Assembly: GCA_951406725.2 (NCBI GenBank)
Contig: OX597814.1
Coordinates: 167,648,001-167,712,000 of the forward strand
Direction of reading: 5' to 3'
DNA length: 64,000 nucleotides
From: Octopus vulgaris
Lineage: Eukaryota
Under the pieces are notes generated by a model. That model ran no database searches. It had not been told where the DNA came from and saw only the letters and a program-made list of their open reading frames with translations. Within the stretch, counting starts at the first letter, position 1, and each line of letters starts with the position of its first letter. Below are positions 37,978 through 50,750 of this stretch, in pieces. The position numbers were made by a program, and so were the translations under genes.

Positions 37978-38252
37978 AAAAGACCCCTTCAGTCATGAAT
38001 GACCATAGGATTGCACCTAAATACTTACCCTCTGAGGGTAAGTCTGGGCAAGGTTGTTTATAGAAGACCAGCAGTCCCCTCTCCATGCCACCAATGTTAT
38101 CTAAGGGTGAGGTAAAGGCTAATACAGCATGGCACCAGTGACATTGCAACTCATTTCTACAACTGAGTGAACTAGAGCAATATGAAATAAAGTGCCTTGC
38201 TCAAAAACACAGCACACAGCCCAGTCCAGGAATTGTACTCAAAGGGCTTCTC
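37978..38252 (-). mobile_element. Further tRNA-type SINE (family D)
   Basis: The minus strand shows a B-box-like ACAATTCCTGG followed by GTGTTTTTGAGCAAGGCACTTT. A related piece lies at ~32200-32370. Confidence 0.55.
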
Positions 38253-38597
38253 CCTGTAGGTGACAGCAGATTTTATGATGTTTGTGTACAAAGTGTGATG
38301 TTGCATGGTAGTGAGACATAGGTATTGAAATGCAGAGGATGTGTGATGGCGGGAAAGAAATGAAGTGAGCATTCCCCACTGAATGTATAATAAAAATAAA
38401 ATAGGCAGCAAAGGAATTGATCATTGTTTAGAGATATGCAATTTGTACATATATAAGTGCAGACATACCTGAGTGATAAGAAGCTTGCTTCCAAGTTCAG
38501 TACAACTGTATGGTACCTTGAGACTATTATAGACTCACACCGACCAAAGCCTTGTGAGTGGATTTGATTGACGGAAACTGAAAGAAGCCCATCATAA

Positions 38598-38868
38598 CAT
38601 CGCCTTACTGGCACCAGTGCTGGTGGCATGTGTAAAAAGATTCGAGCGAGGTTGTTGCAAGTACTACCTGACTGGCCCCTGTGCTGGTGGTACGTAAAAA
38701 GCACCCACTACACTCTCGGAGTGGTTGGCATTAGGAAGGGCATCCAGCTGTAGAAACTCTGCCAAATCAAGATTGGAGCCGGTGCAGCCATCTGGTTCGC
38801 CAGCCCTCAGTCAAAATTGCCCAACCCATGCTAGCATGGAAAGCGGATGTTAAACGATGATGATGATG
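38598..38868 (+). mobile_element. Family C repeat, nested between the 5' and 3' halves of a family A SINE (~38470-39126)
   Basis: Ends GGAAAGCGGATGTTAAACGATGATGATGAT. It is preceded by GGAAACTGAAAGAAGCCC and followed by the SINE A 3' half. Confidence 0.82.
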
Positions 38869-38875
38869 ATATATA

Positions 38876-38911
<36 letters not shown>

Positions 38912-40060
38912 GATGTATATGTATATATTGTGTATGTCTTTGTGCTTGGCAACTGGTGCTGGTGTGTCTATACCCCGTAATGTAGTAGCTTGGCAAAAGA
39001 GATCAATAAAATAAGCACCAGGCTTAAAAACAAAAAAATACTGGGGTTGATTCATTCAACTAAAAATTCTTCAAGTGCCCCAGCATGGCCTCAGTCTAAT
39101 AACTGAAACAAATTAAAAGATAAAAAGTGTATGTGATGTACAAGGGGTGAGGGGCATAGCCAAGTGATAAAAAAGTTCAATTTGCAGTTATGAAATCCTA
39201 GGTTTTATCCCAGTGCACAATATCTGGAGCAAGTGTATTTTATCCATAGACACATTACCATTTGTTATTAACTGCGTAACATGTACCCATCACAGCAAAG
39301 TGACTAGGAAAGCAAAAGATGCTTTTGTGTGACACACAACCTGAAACCTCTCTCTTCTCTTAAACTGCAGTTAAACTTAGGTTGACCCACTCTTTGAACA
39401 AAATTCAGCTGATGGAAACTGTGTGGAAGCCTAACACGTGGACTGTACCAGTGGTTTCAATGAGCCAACCTTGACACACACTGTGTTGCAGTTATTCTGG
39501 TGAGGATGATATGAAGGTATACTTGTGTATGACATTGTTCCATTTTACTTTCTTTATTAGGCCATGTGGATAATTAGCTTACTTCTTGTACTCTAAATTT
39601 TAATAATTTCTTACTTTCTCATGTCCAGAAGAACTATCATTTCAAAACAGGTGGTTCAGCAAATATCTAGAAACTGTATGATCTTCACCAATAAAAATTA
39701 TCTAAGCCTTAAACAGGATATATAGCAGTAGTTGCTTGAATTTTTCTATCCAATTGTAACATATTACTCTAAATAATTTTTTAAAATTAATTATAATTTG
39801 GGAAATAGTTTTACATTAATTATATGCAGATGTTAAATACTGTATAATCAGCTAATTACTACTTGATTATTGCTTTATTAATAAATGCTATGTATGATTC
39901 AGCTAAATAGGAATAATTCATCTAAAAGGCTAAATATAAATAACATAACCAGAAAGTTTAAGAATATGTTAATTTAAGCTTATTTTTAATCATTTACAAA
40001 AAAGAATTATCTCAAATATCAAAGGATTTACAAGAAAAAAAAATATATATATAATCAACA

Positions 40061-40430
40061 TAGGCGCAGGAGTGGCTGTGTGGTAAGTAGCTTGCTTACT
40101 AACCACATGGTTCTGGGTTCAGTCCCACTGCGTGGCACCTTCTACTATAGCCTCAGGCCGACCAAAGCCTTGAGTAGATTTGGTAGATGGAAACTGAAAG
40201 AAGCCCGTCGTATATATGTGTTTGTGTGTTTGTCCCCCCAACATCGCTTGACAGCCGATGCTGGTGTGATTACGTCCCCGTAACTTAGCAGTTTGGCAAA
40301 AGCGACCGATAGAATAAGTACTAGGCTTACAATGAATAAGTCCTGGGGTTGATTTGCTCGACTAAAGGCGGTGCTCTAGCATGGCTGCAGTCAAATGACT
40401 GAAACAAGTAAAAGAGTAAAAGAGAGAGAG
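40061..40430 (+). mobile_element. tRNA-derived SINE, family A (small internal deletion)
   Basis: TAGGCGCAGGAGTGGCTGTGTGG...GGTTCAGTCCC...AAAAGAGTAAAAGAG. Confidence 0.9.
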
Positions 40431-43400
40431 TAACATGTGTAAACCTATAGGAATAGTATAGGTTTTTATATAATGTTAAATATCTTCACTACTGCTGCAT
40501 TACCCTCAGCCTAATATTTCTAATGTCATAATGACAATTAACAGATATCTCTACTTAAAAACATGAATCACATAAATTCCCTATGACAGTTTTGATGTTA
40601 TTCATTATATTTATTGTAATTATTGAAAGTAGTTCCTGTTCAGAATCAACCCTGAACATATTGTACATATTCTAATTAACTTCCCTTTTTGGCTGACACT
40701 CAGAAATAATTTGTTCGTATTTTTATTTTTGTCATTAGCATTATGAGTTTGTTATTCTTATGTCAATACAGAGTAGCTTTTCCAATAATATCTTGACATC
40801 AAATAACACATTCATCTGATAATCTTGTGAGTTTCATTTCAAGTATATTTTTGAAGGAAAAAAAAAACAAAAATAAATATTCTCTTGCTTCACTATGGAC
40901 AATTTTGACAATTCGTTTACATTTATTCAATTTTGCATTTGTCATTGCTCTCTGAAAGATAACTTGTTGGAAAATATATAAAATATTGTTTACAGAAATA
41001 TATTCTGATATTCAATAGTAGTTGTCAGGTCTCTTATCTGTTTCCAATGTTTCTTCTATATCACTACTGCTTCTCAATGGAACTTTTGATCTGAACATGT
41101 TTGCTTCATTGTAAATCTACAAATGTTAAATGAAAACATTATGAAAATATAGATTCTTGCACTTATATATATTGATTTCTTAAAATCAAAATGTAGATTG
41201 CTTTAGTATGCTTTACCAATTGTCTAATTCTTTTGTTTCCATTTATATTTATAGAACTAATTAATCAACTCTAATTTATTCACAATAATATATGTAGAGT
41301 GTGTGAAAATATAAGTGAAATGTATCATCACCATCGATATTGCTTTAATCCATATTTCCATGCTTGCTTGAGTCAGACAAAATTTGTTGAGGCAGATTTT
41401 CTACACTACACCAGATGTTATTCCTGCTTGCCAACCCCCACCTGTTTCCAAGCAAGGTAATATCCCCCAACTAGTTCCTTAGACATGAACAGCACAATGG
41501 TTGGAAACATCTTCACAGAAGATTGCGAATGAATGATACCACTTATATGTTTGTTTATAATTAGAGTCAAAACAAAGAAGCACAAACACATGCACCACAC
41601 ACACACGCATGCGTGTGCATGCATGCATGCATACATACATACATACAATGTGTGTGTGTGTACGAGTTTTCTTTCAGTTTCTGTCTGCCAAATCCACTCA
41701 CAAGGCTTTTACCAGTCCAGGGTTATAGTAGAAGACAGTTACTCAAGGTGCCTCACAGTAGGACTGAACCCAAAACCACATGTATGCAAAGTAAGCTTCT
41801 TAACTATAGGGTTATGTCTGTACCTACAGAAGGTACTTACCAAAGTTGATGCACAGTGGGACTGAACCTGAAGTTTCTTAATCATACAGCCATATCTGCA
41901 CCTATAAAGAAAACTTGTTTATGTGGTTTACTCAGAGGTGGAAGGTTAGAGGCAATGCCCAAGACATTTTTCAGGGGCTTCGGACTAGTGTGAAGAAAGT
42001 TATCCTTAGATCAGAGATTTGACCTGAATCCTTGCCAATGCAGTGGACTCAGTTAAAGTTACTCTAGGATATGGTGGTGATCTTAAGCCAGGCAATAAAT
42101 AGTTTAAGACCACTGCCTTTGAGTAGAAATTTTTATCATTTAACATTTTACTTGTTGGACTGTGGCCATATTGGATCACTGCATTGCAGTTTAGTCAAAA
42201 AAATTTGCCTTAGTATTCTTTCTTTTTAAGGTCTGATATCAGTCTCTGGTTTGCTTATATCCCTATAACTAAGTATGTTTTTACATACTTAGTTACAGGC
42301 ATATAAGCAAACCAACACTGGTTGTCAAGCAGTGGGGGTTCATACGCATATACTATGGGCTTCAGCACAGTTTCTAACTAACAAGTTCACTTGCAAGGCA
42401 TTGATCAGCTTTAGATTATAGTAAAAGACACCCAAGGTGTTGTGTGATGGAACTAAACCTGAGATCACATGGTTGCAAAGTGAGCTACTTAACAACCCAG
42501 CCATGCCTGTGCCTCTGCAGGTTTTCCATCTACAAAATTTCACTCTTCTACTTTCATTGATCTGAACTTACAGTAGAAGACATTTGTCCAAGACTACACA
42601 GAATGGGATTGAACCCACAGCCACTTCTTAAACACAGCCATGCTTGAGATAATATGCGAAAATCTTAATAAAAAACAGACAAGTAATTGTGTGCCTATAA
42701 CTGTCTAGAATTAGACAAATCAGTTATTGAAAATTTGTCAGAGTGGTTTGTATTTCTATGCACTTGAAACAGAAATTTACATAAATTTGAAATCTTTATT
42801 TTATATACTAAACTGATTGTTTGGTATTATTTTAACCAGTAGAAAGTCAAGTTAAGTTCAGATACATTTTGCTACTAGGTGTGTTTATACTCAATGAAGA
42901 AATATATTTCATATATGATTGTCCTTGCCATTACATAAGGTTAGAAAAAGTTACTATGTAGAGTAAATTTTGTCTTATATACATTTAGCAGAAAATATCT
43001 CGGGTGTGGCAAGTGATTGGTATTGTAGTATAAAATCAAATGTCAACAGATGTATGTCGGTGTAGAAAAGTATACTAGTCTTCAGTACTAGTAAGGGAAA
43101 GCTAGCAGCAATTGCATTATTATTTGTATGTACAAGATATTGGAGATCGTGACCAGCAAGAAAAAAAATTTCAATACATTGTCTGAATGATCTAATTATA
43201 GAGTCAAAGCTGAAATATAAGGTCAACTAGTTGATCAGATGTAAGGAAAATGTTAATGATGCCTGGACAAACATGGAGATATGTAGTCATTAAGTCTACA
43301 CATTAAGCTATCAGTGAAAGTGTAGTTATTTCTATGTAATTGATGTGTAAACAGTTATTATTAAGTGATTTGTTCTTGTTAAAATGGTTGACAAGAATAA

Positions 43401-43800
43401 TTAATTTGTTGAGTATGCCTATTATCATAGGTTGTAAAAATCAACTTGTAAATCTGAGTGAAACTCCAGTTACTGCTCATAGAATTATGGTTATCTTGTT
43501 AATAATCTCTACAGTACTACAATAGTTTATTGTAGTTTAGTAGTTTGTCATTGTATTTGCAATGAATATATTTCATTGCACTCTATGTTGCAATAATGGT
43601 ATTCACACATGTGCTTTTCCTCGACTTTGTCCTTCTCTGGACCTTTCCTTTCTCCTTTTTCTGATGAAGAGCTTTGCTCAAAACAAAAAAACCCAATCTT
43701 TTTTCCACCCTTATTGAGGATCAAGCTAAAGCATTCCATATGTACATCCTTTTGTTGTTTTGTTATTTGCTATTTTTTATGTTCTATTTTACTCTATATA

Positions 43801-44612
43801 CAGGGTGCGATGAATAAATTGTCATCTAAATTACGCAAAAATGAAAATAAGACTAACATCTCATTTTAACAGATATATTTACCAAAATTACATAAAAATA
43901 TCATGAAATACTAATGAGTAAATTTACTCAATAAAATTGCCATTGGCTTCAACTACGGCCACCAGACGACTTCGGAATCTCCTGCAACTCTTCTGGATGG
44001 TCTCCTTGTTTAAGTTGGTGAATGCTACCATAATCCTTGCCTTCAGTTCATCTTTGGTGTTACAAGGAGTTTTGTTGGTCTCTCACTCAGCTGCACCCCA
44101 CACATAATAATCATGTGGGGTTGTAGTCTGGGGAGTTAGATAGCCAGATGTTAGGGGTGATATGGTCGCAGAAATTGTCTGACAGCCATGACTGGGTTTT
44201 CCTGTTTGTGTGGCATGATACAGAGTCCTGTTGCCAGACATAGGGTCTTCCATCAGCCACCCTCTTGACCCAGGGCAGCACTACCTCCTCCAGGCACTTA
44301 TGTAGGCCTCCATGTTGAGTGTGAGGCCATGTGGGAAGATGAATGGAGACAACATCACCATCACTAGTGATCACTCCAGACACCATGATGTTGACTGATG
44401 TTTGATTTTTATCACTCTCAGTACATGCTTTGGGGATACAGCAAGCCAATGGTTGTTCTGTGTGTTCACCATCTGATTCTGACAGAAATTTTTCTCGTCT
44501 GAGAAAAACCAAAGCATGTTTGGTTGGATGGAATGCTTCAGTTTGTTCAAAAGCTTCATGGTGTGGTCTTTCCCCTTGTCCTTGGCTTGGGATAAAAATT
44601 GGCCCTTTCTCA
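43801..44612 (-). mobile_element. Tc1/mariner-superfamily (maT/DD37D-like) 3' half, pseudogenised
   Basis: TA|CAGGGTGCG terminus at 43801. Peptides WFFSDEKNFCQ and YVWQQDSVSCHTNRKTQSWLSDNFCDHITPNIWLSNSPDYNP. Confidence 0.85.
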
Positions 44613-46379
44613 GATTGTGTGTGTGTGTGTGTGTGATGTGAAGTAGCAATAACTCAATAGTAATAGTAAATAAGAAAGACATAACATGGTGATGCACATA
44701 CACCTACAGACTACTGTGTAATAGTACACAAACAACATAATAGAAAATTTTTATGATGAAGCACAAACATATGTTGATATGGATTAATATCTGAAAACAG
44801 AGTTCAGCTGTGTAATGGACTGGGAAGAAACTGTTTCTAAACCTGATGTTTTCGGCTCCAATCCACCTGTAGCATTTACCAGATGACAGCAAAGTGTATG
44901 GTTTGATTGGAACAACTATAATCTAAAATGATTTTGTGTTTGCTTTAGATGTAGCTCTGGTAGATTTTCTTTATGGATGGAAATGGAATATGCTTGATAT
45001 CAATGCACAGTTTTCACCATCTCCTGAAATCTTTTGTTGTCTGATCTCAAGTTGATGCCATATCATATAGCAATGCACTTAGATATAGGTGCTCTTACTT
45101 GTGAATTGGTTGAAGCTGAAGAATATATGAGAAGGAAGTTCTGCTGAGTATCGAGTAAAAAATTTGTGCGACTAGAGAGATAATAACATTTGCTAAATAG
45201 CATACAAGTACACCAAATATTTGAGTAAAGCATTTTATGTGAAAGAAGATGCTTCAGCGAATAAGAAGTTCATTTCGTTTCCATAATGTATTGGTTGACA
45301 CTAAGGGCATTTAGCTATAAATCGCTTTCTAAATATATAAAGGTTTAAATTGATAGATGAATCCATTTTGGTTATCCATCTTTCAAATTAATAGGGAAAT
45401 GTTGATAGAAAATAAATATATAGAAATATCAGAAAACCTATAAGATTATAGAGGTATTTAGAGAATTATCTAGATGCTATTTTGTGGCAGTTTGTTAGAT
45501 ATGTTGGTATATGACTAGAGTTGTTTATTCTTTGTATTTAAATATTTTAAGAAACATTTAACTGCATTTTGTACATAATTTCTGACACATTAATGTTTGC
45601 CAGGGATATGTTTGAGAGGGTGCTAAAGATTTATTTTTCTTAGAAATAACTGTATTTGGATAATCTAGTTTCTGTAGTAAAATGAATTAAAGAAGTATGA
45701 AAAATTAGTGGGATGAGAAACTAGACAAATTTGAAAATGAAACTAGTTTCCATAAATTTTTTTATGCAGTGGTATCATTGTCACCATCTACTTTTCCATG
45801 CTTGGGAGCATAGTTTTCTGTAATTGGGTACCTTTCCTGTTGCCAAATGAAGTAATAATAATCTCCCAGTCTATCAAGCAACAAACAACTCAAACATACT
45901 AATGTGGAGAACTAAAAACCAATGATACTTTAATGAATCTTTTGTTTACAAAGGCTAGTTTCATGTAAAGAAACCCAGGCATGTTTTCTTGGTAGACTGT
46001 GAGCAAATGACATTATTAGGTAAGCCATTGTTTGCAACTAATGAGTGAAACATGTGACAAGGGAAATATGAAATCATTCACATAGATACATACATATGCA
46101 TACAATAGGCTTCTTTCAGTTTCCATCTGCCAAATTCACCCGCAAGGCTTTGGTGTTGACCCTGGTCTATAGTAAAAGGCACTTGCCCAAGATGCTACAC
46201 AATGGAACTGAACCCAAGACCATTTGGCTGGGAAGCAAACTTCCTAATTACAGCCATGTCTGTGCCTAATTCAGTATAGTAAATTGAAGTTTGTAATTCA
46301 TTGCAAAAAGTGTTGGGTCATTTTAGGTTTGTTTTAAGCTCATTAATACAGCATATATGTGTGAGTAATACATGTAATA

Positions 46380-46720
46380 ATAATAATAATGCTTTCAAAT
46401 TATGGCACAAGGCCGGCAAGTTCAGTGAAGTGATAAATCAATTACATTGACCCCAGTTTTCAACTGGTACTCTTTTTCTCTACCCTGAAAGGATGAAAGG
46501 TAAAATCAAACCCAGCACTAATCTTTTTGTCTGATGTGCTAACAATTCTGCCAGCTCACTGCCTTAAAGTAGTAGTAGTAGTAATGGTTTCAAATTTTGG
46601 CACTAGGCCAGCAATTTTGAGGGAGGGGTAAGTTGATGATATCAACCCCAGTGTTCAACTGGTACTTATTTTATCAACCCTGAAAGGCAAAGTCAACCTC
46701 AGTGGAACTTGAACTCAGTA
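46380..46720 (-). mobile_element. Two tandem SINE family B-like fragments
   Basis: Same units as in the 13120-14250 cluster. Confidence 0.7.
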
Positions 46721-46894
46721 ATTGATCAGAGAGGCTGTATCTGTGTAAGAAGCAATAGTTAGGTTAGTGTTAGCATAGTATCAAAGATCTAATTAGAAAT
46801 ACTTGAACTCAGTAATTGATCAGAGAGGCTGTATCTGTGTAAGAAGCAATAGTTAGGTTAGTGTTAGCATAGTATCAAAGATCTAATTAGAAAT
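46707..46894. repeat. Perfect 94-bp tandem duplication
   Basis: 46707-46800 is identical to 46801-46894, with ACTT microhomology at the junctions. Confidence 0.95.
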
Positions 46895-49659
46895 ACTTAT
46901 AGGTGAGGTAAAGATAATATTAAGCTCAGTGACTTCATCATCATCATCATTATTTAATGTCCGTTTTCCATGTTGGGCGGTTTGACTGAGGTCTGGAGAG
47001 CCAGTGGCTGCACCAGGTTCCAATCTGATCTGGCAATGTTTCTATAGCTGGATGTCCTTCCTAACGTCAACCACTCCGAGAGTTTAGTGGGTGCTTTTTA
47101 TGTTATTTTAATCATTTTGATAAATTCAAGTGACAATCAATTTTGGACATGTTTTAGTTGTATTAGACCTCAGCAAAGCACTGTAATTAACCTTGGTCTT
47201 TCTTTTATTTTTTTTTTAATATGCTAATGTTTCACTTCTGTTTATGTAGAATGTTGTACATCTAGTTACTGATTCTCTCATTGCTGCTGTGGTATTATTG
47301 GAACAGTGGTCTCATTAGATCTTCATTTAGAAGGTCTAATAATACTGAAACCTAACCTGAATTATCTTCCATAAATACTGAAGGATTAAAATGATATTAG
47401 TCATTGAGTTAATGTTGTTTTTTTCCGCAATGCATAATTCTTTCTAATTAGATTTTTTATGCTTGCTAAAATAAATATATTGACACTAAATTAATATATG
47501 ATGTCAAATACTAGATGTATCATGATGCTGGAGCTAGTACTACATAAATACTTTTACTTAATAGCTAGAATAAATATTTTCTATATTGACAGATATTGTT
47601 TAGTACAACCCTCTCTTTCGCGAAATATATCTATTATTATTTATTTTGCATGTATTTGAAATATAGTATTGCAACACAATAAAATTGTTTAGGAAAAGCT
47701 GAGAAACATATAAAGATCAAAGAAAAACAGAATGGATATGAGGGATAAGTTTTAACATGGTAAGATGTAACTAGTTATTAAAAATACCAAGTGATGTTTT
47801 CCCAAAAGAATGCACTATGAATGAATAGATTACACATTGGTGGTGGAAGCTAAGCAATCACTCTCTCCAATAGAACTATAAAAGATTGCTTTTGCTGGTT
47901 ATCAGAAACATCTTATGAAATTGACAAAGGAGAATTTGAAGTTGTGTTTTTCATTACATAGTTCCAAATAAATTTTGATGTAAAGAAAAAAAAAATCATT
48001 GTTATAATGCACGTGTATATTTCTGGAGGGTAAATTTCATTGTGACTTGGGTAAAGAATTACTTCATACAGCTATTATATTAGAAAGAAAATTGATTTTA
48101 TGTGAAATGAATAATTATAGAAATAAGCTAGTTTTGGGAATCAATGTATTAAAGCAAACAGTAAGCTGCCTTTTCAATGACACAAGAGTTATGTTTATTT
48201 TCAGCTTAAATCTAATGCTATTTTGTTTCTCTTTGTAAGCTTTTCAGCAGTTGACAACATCTGGTGTTACAGAAGGGTTTCTATGAGTAATCTGTTTATT
48301 TTGTGGTTGATATCTAATCTCTTGCCACAACTTATAAAATAAAGGAAAGAAAATATATTTTGACTTTACAAGAAATTGTATTGAAAATAATTATATTTTG
48401 AGGAGAAATATTTGTTAAGTGTATTAAGCTGAAAATTGATTCACTCCTATTGTGTTCAAAATATGACAATTTAAATGATTTTTATTCATTTCATTTATGC
48501 ATAACTCGTGTCAGAATAATGTGAAGCATAAATGTACCCAATCACAAACTTCATTATATAAGATTCATAAATTTAGCACTTGGTTTCAAAGATTTTCACC
48601 ATAACAATTTTAGCTCAAAACTAAAAGTTACTGAAAAGTTCATTTTTATTGTGGAAACATTATAGTCAGTTGACCTAAAATCATTTAGCAACCAACAAAA
48701 TTTTTATTTGTATGCAAGCTATTTTCCTCAAGTTTGATAGAAATGAACTTTTTCATCATCATTACATTCAATTTTACAACCATTTTCCTAGACATTAATT
48801 TAGTTTGTATAGTTGCTTCCTTGTCATTTATGTATTTTTTGCTTGTTTTTGTTTTGTCTCTTGAGAATTTCAGTATGTTTTTAAGATTGATTTGAACTAC
48901 ATCTTTCATGATTCTGTTAATTAATTGCAATCTCCACACAGTGCTGACATATACATTTTCTTCACTACCCTTAATTTTGATTTCAGCATGTATTTTTTTT
49001 TTAATTATTTATCAAGCTAGACCGTTATTTCATTCTTCTCATATCACTTGCACACTCCTTATTCAGACCCAACATAGGCAGTATTATAAAATATTAATGT
49101 TTGATTCCATTTTCATTTATTAATGTTATCAAATACTGAGAGTTGATTTAATCAGTTATCTTTCTCCTCAAAATGTGTGGCCTTGTGCCAATGCTCAGAA
49201 TGAATATTAAATATACTACCAACTACTTTACTATTATTTATAATGTGAATAGCTCCCCTACCATTTGGTTTCAAGTTCAGTCCTACTACATGGTACCTTG
49301 GGTAAGTGTCTTCTACTATAACCCCAAACCAGTCAGAATCTTGATAGTGGATTTAGTAGAGAAAACTGAAGGAAGCCTGTATCTATGTAAGAGCAAGGGG
49401 AATGTTTGTATCTCCTTGTCATGGCATCACGTAATGGTTGTGAATGAGCATTGCCATCGTACAAGCAGTGTCCTTTGTTTCCAATCTTCCATGAAATGAT
49501 ATTCAGCTATGGAGAAATACTACCTTGCTCAAAAACAGATGAGATTTGGTGACAGGATGGGTATCCTGCCATAAAAAATTTGCCTCAAAGCAAACGTTGA
49601 AAAGTGTATGTTAAAACAGTGATGATCATGAATAACATCTCAAAATTTTGGTAACTTCC

Positions 49660-50750
49660 TAGCAGATTGCTTGTGTTGATGGAGCTCTTTCTATCCCACA
49701 CTATATCAACTTTAGTGTGCCACAAACTTTAGTGTTGCCCCTCACTCTTCTTTCTACTTGTTGCCACTTCCAACAATATGCAATCTTATACAGATGACAC
49801 TTCTTTTCATTTCTTCCTAATATTCCTGAACCATGCATTATCTACATGCAACTTAGATACTGTAAGCCAAACTCATACTGAACATTGATTTTCAGTGGAA
49901 ATATGCCAGTCTTATTGCTTTCAATAAAATAACATTAACACTACTCTCCTGATGATCCCATACACTTGCTGGCTTCCGGTATGTGGAGTTCTGGACTGGT
50001 AGCACTTGCATGTGCAAGTTGTTTGCAAGACATTTACAATAAGAAAACATTAACACTACTCACATCCAAAAAATATCATCATATCACATCACCACCCTTT
50101 AATCATCAACAACACTTGCATTGAACTCAAAATCTCTCCAATTGTTGAGTCTCACTATCATTGTGGATCTCTCCTGACAAAAGCACATCCTGAATATAGC
50201 TAGGACCACATTCCAATGGCTGGCCCTTCCTTTCAGGGCCAGAAGATTCTTTAGTCTCCCCACCCCCCACCCCCATCAATTATTGTTACTCTACAAGGCT
50301 CAGGTGAGACCTGTGGAGTATTGCTCTCATATCTGGGACAGAGCTACTGTTACACAAGTACCTTTGACTGCATCTAGAGAAGTGACTAGCATAAAGTCAC
50401 TCACAAACTAATTCTGGTTTCTGGTCCACAGCCCACTTGTATTCTCTATGCCTTTTCTACTGCTACTATAATGACCTCTTCTCTTTAGAGCTGGCTGCAC
50501 TTACGTCACGTCCACTCAAGCATTTCCATCCTACTCATCTCTTCTTTCCCAACCCTAACTTTAACCCTAACCTTTGATTTGTCCAACTCCAAGTCCTGTA
50601 CTAATCACTGCACTCAATCTTCCCTTGCTAGAACACCAGCCTTCAACAACTCCCTGCTTACTCTGATCTTTTATTCTTCTTCCCTTCCTAGAACATTGGC
50701 TCTCTAGAACTCCTTATCTGCTCAGGTTTTTCTAACATGCTTTGAATTAA
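49660..50750 (+). mobile_element. Decayed CR1-group (Zenon-like) LINE, RT end and 3' region
   Basis: VPQ..VL.P.LF and YTDDT remnants at ~49715-49800, and LYKAQVRPVEYCSHIWD at 50290-50340. Confidence 0.7.

Noticed and set aside
43548-43739. Minus-strand ORF with a charged and Cys/His-containing segment
   Set aside because: Short, low complexity, with no zinc-finger spacing and no splice support.
47600-48960. Possible very old DNA-transposon remnants
   Set aside because: No matching TIR pair or catalytic motif could be read with confidence.
50551-50575. CCCTAA telomere-like repeats
   Set aside because: Only two or three imperfect units inside a decayed LINE, too short to call an interstitial telomere.
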